From positions 62,248,001 to 62,312,000 of the forward strand of contig NC_135659.1 in assembly GCF_964188315.1 (NCBI RefSeq): a DNA stretch of 64,000 nucleotides. Reading direction: 5' to 3'. Both the position numbers and the translations under genes were made by a program. Source of the DNA: Podarcis muralis. Lineage: Eukaryota. Numbering within the stretch: position 1 is the first letter of the stretch; each line of letters begins with the position of its first letter. Positions 52,974 to 64,000 of this stretch are shown piece by piece. Under the pieces are notes generated by a model. That model saw only the letters and a list, made by a program, of their open reading frames with translations. It had not been told where the DNA came from and did not search any database.

Positions 52974-54095
52974 TTTTTTTTTTAAGATTAATTTTTTATT
53001 AACCGACCAATCACATCAAATCAAACCAAATTACATAAATTCCAAATTACACAGCCGAATTTTAAATTTTTGTTGGGGGTACCCATATTTCAAGTTCTGA
53101 AGGGGATCCAATCAACTTCTTGCTTCTTATTGCTGTTTTAATGTCCACAAATCTAACCTTATGATGTTCACAGTACTATCCAGTCCTTTCTTCTTGTTTT
53201 TCCACATCTCATGTTGTTATTTTCATATATTTTTCCTTTCTCTTTGTGACCTCTGATAGTCTCCACAAGCTGGTTAGACAGTTTGTAATCCTGCGTGGAT
53301 ATTATTATTTTTTATCCAGTAGCCATATCCAGACATTTTCCATGTAACATCACTTCCATACATCAAAACAGTCTTAGCGTCATTAATCTTCACCAGTCTG
53401 CCTCCTTTCTCAAAACCTCTGAGGAGATTCACCAGGAATGCAGTCTGAAAACAAGTCCATTCCTTCTCTCGGCTATAAATCCTTTGGCAAGATGGCGACT
53501 CCGCAAAAGCTATTATTGCTTCTCAATCTCCACAAAGCATACTTTTGGTTAAAGTTTATCTCCACACAGACCTTAATCATCCTGCTTGGGTCAGTTCAAC
53601 CGACGATTCTAATGAGGAGGGGTTCTTGTAAATCACATAGAAGGAAAGTAAAAAAGGTCCCCCCCCCTTCAGTCCCATTGTCAACATACCCAGCCTTTGG
53701 TGTATCTTCATCGTAAAATATTCCTGTTTCTCCAACCCGTCGTCTTCTTTCGCAGAGGTCACTTAAATTAGCAGACTTCACTCCCCTTCTTCACTTGAAA
53801 TATGTGCATTTGCTTCTTTTGTAATTAATTATTCCAAATTGCTGCAGCTAGTGCGCGATCAGAGACAGCATCCAGGAGAGCCGAGGTCCACACGGGGGCA
53901 TTCTGCCTAGGGCCCTCACCCCCTTCTTTCAAATTAGGGGGTGATTTATGGGCACAGCAGGCAAGGGCAGTGTTCCCCATTTCCTTGGGGCAACAAGGGA
54001 GGCTGCCTACTCCCATAACAGCCTCTTAATTACCCCGTGTGGGTCAGAGAGATGGTATTGTCGGCCATCTTCCAATGCGCCCCCTAGTGCCCCCC
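52974..54095 (-). mobile_element. TSD-flanked 1.1-kb polyadenylated retroelement, probably L1-derived and non-autonomous
   Basis: 15-bp TSD cagggaagggttgtt at 52959-52973 and 54096-54110. Poly(A) and AATAAA lie at the left end on the minus strand. The 5' end reads GGGGGCACTAGGGGGCGCATTGGAAGATGGCCGAC. No long ORF. Confidence 0.8.
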
Positions 54096-57000
54096 CAGGG
54101 AAGGGTTGTTAGGAACTGTCCTTACGGTTGGTGGCCCCCGTGGCAGGCTTGCTTCCCATGCTGAGGCCTCTGACATTAAAAGGATTTGATAATCATTCTC
54201 CCCTCCTTTGCCTCAGTTTTTCAACAGGTTATGTTGGTTACACTCCAGCTCATGTAGGTCAGTGTGAGTTTATTGATTTCAATGGAGGAGGTAAGGCCGG
54301 GCCACTTACCCTCATGGACTGCCATTGTCCCCAGTATTGATGGAAAAATCAAATGCATTAATAGTTTGATTATTTAGCACCTGCAGTTCCATCACTCTGG
54401 TGACACAATGCACATTGTTCATTTAATGACTCGCCTCAATATCCCTACTGTGTATCTAAAGTTGTTTATTTCCCTTCTAAATTCTCCAAAGCTCCTAATT
54501 GCATTTCTCTTTGGTGTCCTGGAAGTGTCCCTGTCTGTGACAGGTCTTGATTACTGGTGTGTTTGATTGCATCTAAAGATTAATGGGTACATTTGCATAA
54601 GGCCCCACTTGGGAATCCTCCCCTATGTTCCGATTTGGCTTCCTTTAAAAATACATTGAAATGAGAGAGAAGAGCCTTTGCCTCTCTGTGTGATTCCTGC
54701 ATGCAGTAATTGCTCATTCAGGCTGCACATTCATTGATCTAATTCCTTTTGTGACTGTGAGAAAAGTGATTGGTTAGGAAGCATGCAGGTTGTTAATACT
54801 TCCTGCAATTTTTGCAGTTGGCAGGGAGATTTGTACATGTATTATTTGCATGGAGAATGCACATTCATATATTAAATACCGCTGCAGAGTTTAAAGTTAC
54901 TTGTGGCTTTCAGTTGCATCTTGTGTTGCAAAAATGAACTTGCAGGTAGGACAGGGTTTTTAAATTGCTGCACTAATTAGAGCAAAGTCATGAATCATTA
55001 GGTTTTTTTCTAGTCTTCCACTGACTGACTTATAACCCTAGAACTTCTCTGTATATTAATTTCTTCCAAACTAGTAACACAGTGGTTATTATCTCTAGCT
55101 TCAGGTAGCCTAGGCTTGACTGGGAGCAGAACGATATATTTGGGTGCTTTCAAATTATGCTTTCCTCAGTGATTATCTTACAAAACATTTATGTGTTTGT
55201 TTAATAAACAAGATAAGCTAAGCTAAAATTTATAACCTGCTCTTCTAGTGTCCACCAGGGCAGCTAACAACAATTAAATTATAAAATGGTATTGTACATT
55301 TTATGCAGAGGAATCAACTAGGTATCAATAATATTATTTCTTTGTACCACAGTTGCTCTGCTATTTACAGTGATTACACTTAGACGAGTGGTGGCCAATG
55401 TTTTGCCCTCTAGATGTTGTTGGACTCCAGCGCCCACCAGTCCCAACAGCATGGCCTAAAGATCAGGGAGTGTGGGGATGGTAGTTGAGCAGCACTTGGA
55501 GGGCACCACATCAACTACTCTTGTGCTAGACTGTTTGCAGCAGCTACGATGAGCATACTTCCTGTGTGGACTGAGGTTATCGGGTTTGTTTTGCCTCCCA
55601 TCCAAAAGCACTATCACTGCCGGGAGAAATGGCTATCCGCAATTTCTCTGATAAATTGCATGGTGATAAAAATTATCAATCCTTCTGTGAAATGAAGGAT
55701 CTTGATTTCTGCAGTGCTCATCAGTCCTGCAAATCAAATGAAACAAAGCACAAAATTACCACCTCATCCAGAGTTCGGAGATGCCCGTGGCCACAAGCTT
55801 AAGAGGGGTTTCGGTAGTAAAAGCTCATCAGACTTGTCTTTACTGTAGTAGTTTGGCTCACGGTTCTAAGAATCTGTGCTGAAATCCAAATAGAGTGGGT
55901 TCTCTACCCAACTACAGGGCCAGCCCTATCATTAGGCAGAATGAGACACCCTCCTCAAGTGGTAGATGCTGCATGGCAATATTGGCAGCCCCTTGGTTAT
56001 TCCCCTCTTTGGAAGACAGAGCTGTGTGTGCCCAATGGCCTGTCTTCCACCCCTAAACTTGCCTGCTGTCCATGTACCATCCCATCAGCACCATTGAAGT
56101 AAAATTCTACTGCCAATTCAGTCAGCTTCTGTACACAGAATCGGTGTGGACATGCCATCATGTCTTTTGGCACAGGCAGCAAAGTTTATTGTGCTCGCCT
56201 TGCCCAACACTACCCACATTCTGTAACGAATACTTCTGTGGCTTCCATCATTGACAGTGGGGACTCTCATTTAGTGTGTGAAAGGCTGCGTTCTATATGG
56301 CGTTGCTTGAGAAGTCTTAGCAATGCTGCCTCTACATCAAATGCAGTGATGTATCTCCTTTAAAAAAAAACTTACTATGTGCTTTGCTCACCTCTGGGGA
56401 ATATATTTCCCCTATGCAAGCTCAGGTGGCAACTTAGGCATCACCCCATAGGAATGATATCACCAAAAAAGGAGGACACTGACTTGCATAACGTGCAGAT
56501 TTGTATATATGCAAGCAAATTTAGGTGCTATCATTGTAACTTGAATAGAAATAAAATGCAGCTCACCATAATGTGAAGTGTAGGTGACCTGCATCATCCT
56601 TCACCTGCTGTCTAGGTGTTAACTAGTGAAGGGGACCTTCGGAGCACCTGCTCTCCTTTCTTTATCATTAAACCAAACTCAGCAAACTGAAGACTCTGCT
56701 CTGTAAATTAGCATACTTGGCTACTCTAACGCATTTCACTGGTTCTTATTTTGGTCTTTTCCAGTTAAAACAGGCTGGTACCCTTTCTGCCTTGAACACT
56801 GCCAGTTCCCTTCCCCTTGCATCTCCCACCCACTCGGGGGGGGGGGGGGGCGCTTCTGTTGAGAATTATACACATGGAACAAGTCCTACAAGCCCTCTGG
56901 AGTGTATTTGTGCTGCTAAGCAGGTCTGCTAAGTCCTCCTGTGCCAGAGATAGATACATTTAACAGTGTAAAATGTACAGGAAAAGTGTGCTGGGCAGTA

Positions 57001-58286
57001 ATCACCTAGGGGGCCTCTGAAAAAGGCTATGAGCAACATCTATGTTGGTTTTCTGCTTTTCCCATTTGGGGAATAGGCAAGATCCCAGAGCAGGTTGAAC
57101 CAATGCATCACTGAAATGTCCACTTATCAGATCTGCAACGACGATTCTGCTGTTATCATCGACTGCTCAAATAGCAACCTCTCATGTATCGTATAAGACT
57201 TATATTGTCACAGTAAATGGCTCAGTGGGATAATGGTTCTTACAGGCTAGATGAAACCAGAATGTCACACTAAGAACCATTCTGTTTAACTGTTCAGGAG
57301 AGTCCCACCAGAATAACCGGGTGTTCATCAGAAGATGTCTTTGGGGAGCCTTGTCCCACTGTTGTTTATCAGCATCTGGTATTCAGTGATACATAGAGTC
57401 AGGATGTGGAGGCTCCACTTAGCTATAATGACTAATTGACATTGATTGGCATGTCCTCCATGAAAGATGCTGAACACTATGCTGAGGGAATGGTGTGCTG
57501 CTTCTCCAACCACTTTGGGAATATATCACATGCTGTGATGTCCTTTGCAGGTGCCCCAATAGAGGTGGAAGCTCAGAAGGCATTTCTGTACTCTGGACCA
57601 CTTTTCTAACAAAAATTGCAATGCATTATATGTCATAGAAAGTTCTGATGGGGGGCGGGAGGTCAGTATGTTCATTGGGTAACTACATATAGATGTGTTT
57701 GTGTTTGTTTAAGAGCTTGTATGGCAACATCCTTTGCCCCTCCGATCAGCCAACAAAATTTTTTTTTAACATCTTTGCAAAAGTAACTTAACGTCATTTA
57801 AGTACTGAACTGTGTTTATTCCATTGGTAGAGAAATTGGAAGGGATTTTGTACAGTGAACACACCCACCCCTAACAGCCAAGTTCATTCTCTCCCCTCAT
57901 GGTCTTCCTTTTGGTTAGCACCTGGGGAAGGAGTTCCCATTCATGTACATACCTTACTTTTAACCTGTTTGTTGAACTTAACAAAACTTAGGCATTTTAG
58001 AAATGATTGTTGCTACTAGAAAAGCTGCTGCTACTACTGTGTGATGGTGATAAATAATGTGTAGGCATGTAAGAACAATCTGCATCTATATTGGGATTGT
58101 GTTTAAGGTGTAATATTGCTTTATTGCTTGCCATCCTGGGTTCCTTTGGGAGGGTGGGCAGGATATAAATTTAATTTTAAAAAGCAATAAATAAGAATAA
58201 AACATACAAAATGAAGCGGGATGTCATAGGATCATGTCAAAAGCTGCATGAGCCAACTGAAGTGTTCTGTTTTGTTGGTGTTCTAG

Positions 58287-58406
58287 AATGTAACAAAACC
58301 GGTGGAAGAAAAAGAAGAAAAACCTAAAGCTCCTACTGTCCAAGAGTTGAAGGAGAAGATTGACAATTACAACTCAAAAGTCAACAACTGCTTGCTGATG
58401 AAGCTG
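58287..58406 (+). CDS. RASSF5: RASSF5 common coding exon
   Basis: Bounded by ttctag and gtatgc. Encodes NVTKPVEEKEEKPKAPTVQELKEKIDNYNSKVNNCLLMKL, similar to human NVCKPVEETQRPPTLQEIKQKIDSYNTREKNCLGMKL. Phase 0/0. Confidence 0.95.
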
Positions 58407-61165
58407 GTATGCACTGCGTTTTCTGTATTACTTGTTACTTTTAGGACAGTAGTGTAGGCTCTTGTCATGCAAGCTACAAAACAGTATATTGAAGCTGGTC
58501 TTCTTTTGCCCCCTGTGGCAATTGTAGTGGAGATATTCCTAAGTTCAAAGGTGAACCAATCTCTACCTCATGCCCCTTGTACTCATTGGGGAAATGTACA
58601 CTTTCCCCCCCACCAATAACACATACAACAAATGAAACCCTGACTTTGGAGAGTTGCCGTTTCCCCAACTGGGGTGGCCACCTAATTCCTGTGGCGATGT
58701 GTGGGGAGGAACTCATCCACAGCTGATGCTTTATAGAGCTGACCACAAAGACAAAATATAAAAAGTATTGATTTTTACCTCTATCCGTCCCTATCTTTTG
58801 GGTAGTCTTATTATGAGAGTACAGCATAGCTCAATGATTCATAATCAATAAGTTCATTAAGAATGGACCAGGGCTTCGCAAGGAGTAAATGGAAAAAAGA
58901 AGCAGCGTTCACACTTATCACTACTCTGCTTTTCAGAGGTAGAGTACTTGAGCGCCAGTCTGTGTCAATTCCTTTCACACCGTGTTGGTCGATGTGCATG
59001 ATTGCGTTTAGATTGTACATTACTTCATGGATGCTGCTGTGCTTACCGGAATTGATCAATATAGCAAAGCTGACATAACATCCCAGCCAAACGGATATAT
59101 AACATCCTGAGCAGTACAGCTGCTGCCATCAATCTGTTCAGTATTTTGGTTGACCATCTTTCATATCAAAACAACTACTTCTGGAGCCGATTTTTGAGGG
59201 TGCATAGGAGTTGGGGCCAGCCCAAGGCATTTTGGCCCCTGAGCTGAACCACAAAATGGTGTCATCATCCCCGCCCCCTGGGCCAGGGAAGATGGGGTAA
59301 GGGAAGATCTACATCAGGAACAGGGGAGGAATAAATATCTACATTGGTAACAAGGATGGGAGGCCAGCAGTGCCTCCAAATCACCAAGAGGCCACTGTAG
59401 ATGCAGCATGGGGAGGGGGCTGCTGAGGAGATGGCAGATCTGATCTCCAAGGAGCATGCCACAGTGGTTGGTGCCACTACAGTGGCAGCAGCGGGCAATG
59501 CATTCCTTGGAGGCTGTATCTGCTGCCCCTGTGGACCTTGCCACCTGATGTGGTTGCTTCCATGGGTGGATTCTGCAGTGGGGTTGGGAGAGAGAAAGGG
59601 AAGTCTCTTTCATTAACGGATGGGCAGCATGGGATTTCACCATTGGCTCTAGTAATTGTGCACAGGTCTTCTGGTAAGGAAAATAACTTGAAGTGCCTCT
59701 TTTAAGCAGCAAGTCCAAAGGACAGACACTCTTTGAATACAGGATTTGGATAGATCTCTCCATCAGCAGAACTCCTTCGGAGCTTATTTTGTGAACCTGC
59801 AGTGTAATTGGTGTGAGCCATATAGCAGCTGGGCAAAACTGTTCTGTAGCTAATTTTGAATCTTCAGCTTAAGCATTCTGTAGCCACTACAGCAAATGAT
59901 TTTCCACAAATAGCTCTATTGTTCTAGCCCAGATGAGTCAAAATTAACACAGCCCAGCCACCTCCCACTGTGGTTCAGCAGCTGCCCCAGATCTCATGCC
60001 CATATGGAAGCAGAAGTGTTCATTTTTTTCCATCACAGGAAATGTACCATCCAAGGTACCAGGACCTTTGATAATTTGCTTTCAGTTGGTATTCTTGGTT
60101 ATGTTCTCATCTGGAGAAACAACAGCCTAAACTCTGCAGATACACAAAGAGAAGGCCCATTCAGAATTCAGACAAAGGAAAGGGGATGGCTTTTTCACCC
60201 AACTCACGTTGGCCTGTGAGTCTTTCAACAACGACTTTGCCTTGCTAAGCCTTGCTTGTGGCTTAGAATGCCCCCAGAGAATGAGTAGGAGTCATTGCTA
60301 GTGCAAGTCAGTAAGTGATGCTCACTCTTGTCGCTTACCATCCTGTTTTCTGGCCCTTGTTGCTCCATAATATTTGTCAGGTCACAAGACTGCAGGACTG
60401 ATACAAGCCATAAGTGGCAGAATTTAAAAGAATAAAGTCAGAAGCCTTAATAACCCGATATTCCAGGGTTGGGGAGAAACTGTGGCTCCCCCGGGATGAT
60501 GGGAATTGTAGTTCAGCAGCACCTGAAAGTTCATAGGCTCCCCAACCCTTCTGTACTCCTTGGTTCACTCCATTTGTCTCAGTTCTTTCATGCTCCTCTG
60601 GTCTCTAGACCCTACATGTACCCTTCTCCTCAAGCTAGAGTCTGTCCTCATTTGCACATAATGCTAAATTTCTTGTAGGTTTCATAGCATCAAAAAGCTA
60701 AGAAAAGAGCTTATTAAACTAACATTTTGTTTTAAACCAGGTTCCCTGTTTCACATGTAACACTAAGCCAACATCCTTTAAAAGAAAACTCATCTCTGAC
60801 AAACTCCTCTTCCCAGCTGTACAGGCAGAGGAGAGCCCAATTTTTCACTTGGACTTAAACCAGGGTTGTCAACTTAACACTCAACCATGGTTTGGAGTTA
60901 CATGCAAACACCGCCTATGTGTGCTTTTGCCTGAGGGAAGTGAGAATTCAAAGCAACTGCACTAGCTCAGCCCATCAGTACTGAAGGTTTCCCCCACCCC
61001 ATTCAGTTGTTTCTGTCAATAGTCAGTGAATGGCTCTGAAAGCTTTATGTTAGCTTTTATGGAAATAATTCCTGTGTCCCATATTTCAAAAAATTCAGCA
61101 AACAAAATAAATGCCACCAACCCTGCTTTTTAACATCTTTTCAACCTTCATTTTAATTCCATCAG

Positions 61166-61463
61166 AATGATGACGGCACTTACACAGGCTTCATCAAAGT
61201 TCACCTGAAACTTCGCCGGCCTGTGACGGTGCCAGCAGGGATCAGGCCGCAGTCCATCTACGATGCCCTCAAGGAGGTCAACATGGCCAACATGACAGAG
61301 AAGAGAACATCCTTCTACCTGCCACTGGATGCCATCAAACAGTTGCACATCAGCAGCAGCACCACCGTGAGTGAGGTGATCCAAGGACTTCTGAAGAAAT
61401 TTATGGTGGTGGACAACCCACAGAAATTTGCACTTTTCAAGCAGATGCAGAAAGATGGTCAAG
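61166..61463 (+). CDS. RASSF5: RASSF5 exon encoding most of the Ras-association (RA) domain
   Basis: Bounded by catcag and gtgag. Encodes NDDGTYTGFIKVHLKLRRPVTVPAGIRPQSIYDALKEVN...FYLPLDAIKQLHISSSTTVSEVIQGLLKKFMVVDNPQKFALFKQMQKDGQ, near-identical to mammalian RASSF5. 298 nt, ends in phase 1. Confidence 0.97.
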
Positions 61464-62600
61464 GTGAGATAGTGTTCCCTTTTGAGACAGTAATAACAAT
61501 AAAGTGATCAGGATTCAAAGAAGAGCTGCTTGCTTCTTCACTGAGTCCTGCTCTCCACCTTCTCCCACCTGGCCTGGGAGGGCAGGGCCCTGACTCACTC
61601 CAGCAACAAAAGCTGAGGCTGCTGAACAGTTTCTTTAGTTTGGGGTTTGTTTAGGAGTTTTTTTGTTGCTGCAGTTGATACTAAAATTTTTTGTATCTTT
61701 AGATCATATGCTTTATATGGAAGTTGTTCAGTTTGGTTGTGCACTCATTCATGTGTTTCATTTCTTGTTTATAGCTATAATAATTTATTATTTATACCCC
61801 GCCCATCTGGCTGGGCTTCCCCAGCCACTCTGGGCGGCTACATTTGTTATGTTTGTAATTCTGTAAATCTTTTTATGTTGTAAGCTGCCTTAAGCATAGT
61901 TTTAACTGTGGGAAGGCGGCATACAAATAAAATGATGAAGACGATGCTAGCCTGTTTCTATCTCTTTGTTTCAAAACTGTTTATGTTTATAATGGTAAAG
62001 TCCAGAGATGCCTCCCCAGATCTGGTGAGATCCAGGTGTTCTGGGCTGCAACTTCCACTACCCCAACCATTGAGCTGTGTAGTCTAAATTATCTGGAGGA
62101 GAGTCTGGTAAAGGTTGCTCTGTAAGCCCCATTTGTGCTTAAGACTACTGTCCCGTCCCCCCGCCACTTTTACAGAATGGTCCCAGGTAGTTGTAGTAGA
62201 AGGCTATGGAGAAATTATGACTCAAATGGATACAACTGGATGCTTGTAGTTTGTCTTGGAGCCAACTGGAAGTGTTACTAATCTGCCCTATTACAGATTT
62301 CCTTGAGGGATATACTGTAAATGGCTGGCGCTAACCCTCAGTTCTGGAGAATTTAAAATAAATGTTTATGAAATGCTGTAGTGGTTCACAGCTAGCCACT
62401 CCTTTGGGAAAGGGAGGGAAAGAACCGCAAAACATCACTTGGATGCTGTAGCCTTTCTTTCTTTCTTTCTGTCCTCTCCTTGACGTTCTGTGGGCCTTCA
62501 CAACATGGAGAGGTGTGGGAGGGCTTTTTTATAGTTGAAATATGTGCCCTCCTTTTCAAAGGCCTCAGGTCATTCTCTCATGTTTTTGTCCCCTCTGCAG

Positions 62601-62716
62601 TTCTATCCCAGAAGCTCTCGGTAACAGAGTACCCTTTGTACCTCCGGCTACTAGCAGGCCCTGACACAGACATTCTCAGTTTTGTGTTGAAGGAAAACGA
62701 AACAGGGGAAGTTGAG
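62601..62716 (+). CDS. RASSF5: RASSF5 exon encoding the RA domain C-terminus
   Basis: Bounded by ctgcag and gtaaga. Encodes (V)LSQKLSVTEYPLYLRLLAGPDTDILSFVLKENETGEVE. 116 nt, phase compatible with the previous exon. Confidence 0.96.
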
Positions 62717-64000
62717 GTAAGACTGGAAGCTGCTTGCCTTTCAAACCTGCACAAACACGTTCTGCTCTCAGAAAGCAGGCAGTCACATCGCACAAGCAGC
62801 CATTTGCAGTGGGTGGAAAAAGCACACTTCCTGCTCTTGTGGTTCCCTTCTTTGTTACGGATTATTCGGTGCCAGCATTTGAAGATGGAAGGAACAGAGG
62901 CAAATAAAAGGCTCCTTGAGCCAGGAGTCTTTTAAGGCTACATTTGATTCGCCTTTCTTTATTGTTTACACTTGGCTTTCTTTAAAGTTTGACTGTACCT
63001 GTAACAAGTCAGCCTTTTTGCAGAGTTCTGAGCCATAATCCTTAAAATGCTTGTTTTTAAAGTTTTGGAACAGGGAGCATATGGTAAATCTTCAAAAGGT
63101 AGATGAGCTTGGTGCAATATTGCAGATTAGTCATTTGCATCCATAGATTCCCCAAATACATGCTTTCTCCACTCTCACCCTACCCTCACATCATCTGGAT
63201 GCACAGAGACAGCAATATAGCAAACAGATAATTCCACTGTGTTTTTAAACTAGAGGACTGAGCTAAAGTATGGAATTACACTATTTCCTTTTTCTGTTGA
63301 GCACAAGAAACAACTTCAAAATTAAGAATAGGCATGGCTTCCAGAACTCTGCCATAAGCTGCTTTTCAAAATACAGTTTGCTGGCAAAATGGAAGTTCTT
63401 AGAGGAGCAAGGATTCCCCGTAAAGTACACTTGCTTAGAAACCTGATCTGACTGGAAGCCCCAGGTCTTCAACACCTTAAAGAGTTACCTTCTCTCTTTA
63501 TTCTTCCTCTTATGGCAAGAATGGGGAAGCTGTGGCTGTTGTTGGGAGTCCCAACTCCCATCAGTCCCGGACAGCCAGACAATGATCAGGCAATGTTTAT
63601 CTCAAGGCCCACAGGTTCCCCATTTCTACCTGCGGGCATCATGTTCTGTAGACCCAGCTCTTACAGAGCACATTGGTAATACAAAATGTTGAAATTCATG
63701 CACAGAATGGGTTTTTTCTTAGGGTCATAATATCTCAAGAATCTCATGTATTTACACATTTCACTCAATCTCTGGATGGTGACTGTGATTTAAAGGGGTG
63801 CATATATACATTGCTTCTTTTTTACTTTATTTTGCCATGTCTCTAGTTCAAAACATGCCATCACTAAAGCCCCAAACCACTTTTAATACTCCAAAGCTGA
63901 AAAGTGGATTGGCTGGTGTCTTTGAAAGGGAAACAACCATCGCTTGGGATTTTTGCCTTGAACTGCTGTGCTTACAGAATTATTCCCCAACCCATTCTTT

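Noticed and set aside
59265-59763. Overlapping 71-149 aa ORFs
   Set aside because: No recognisable domain or splice structure. The GC-rich stretch is more likely a decayed DNA transposon.
62480-62935. 151-aa ORF as a separate gene
   Set aside because: It is the RASSF5 exon frame reading through flanking intron.
62717-64000. Final RASSF5 SARAH exon (WDAFSIPELQNF)
   Set aside because: Not found; presumably beyond 64000.
1-64000. CRISPR array or prokaryotic system
   Set aside because: The DNA is vertebrate; all repeats are microsatellites or transposons, with no repeat-spacer array.

Overview
This window is squamate reptile genomic DNA, most likely from a lacertid lizard (Podarcis-like), judged from the Sauria SINE, Bov-B and other repeat families. 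It covers the RASSF5 locus on the + strand. Present are the first exon of the short NORE1B/RAPL (RASSF5C) isoform (21362-21481) and three downstream coding exons (58287-58406, 61166-61463, 62601-62716). The final SARAH-domain exon and the NORE1A-specific exons were not found in the window. The rest is intronic and rich in repeats: Sauria SINEs, Bov-B, L1, L2, CR1, Penelope, MIR/Squam3-like SINEs, many hAT MITEs with 8-bp target-site duplications (TSDs), and one Tc1/mariner MITE. The three most notable observations lie in the 36.8-kb intron. (1) A 5'-truncated L1 is fused to an inverted 18S rRNA fragment inside a single TSD pair. (2) A decayed, intronless retrocopy of ARHGAP10/GRAF2 covers the BAR domain into the PH domain and is invisible as a single ORF. 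(3) A 1.1-kb TSD-flanked, polyadenylated, apparently non-coding retroelement has an L1-type 5' end. All homology calls come from recalled sequences, not database searches.
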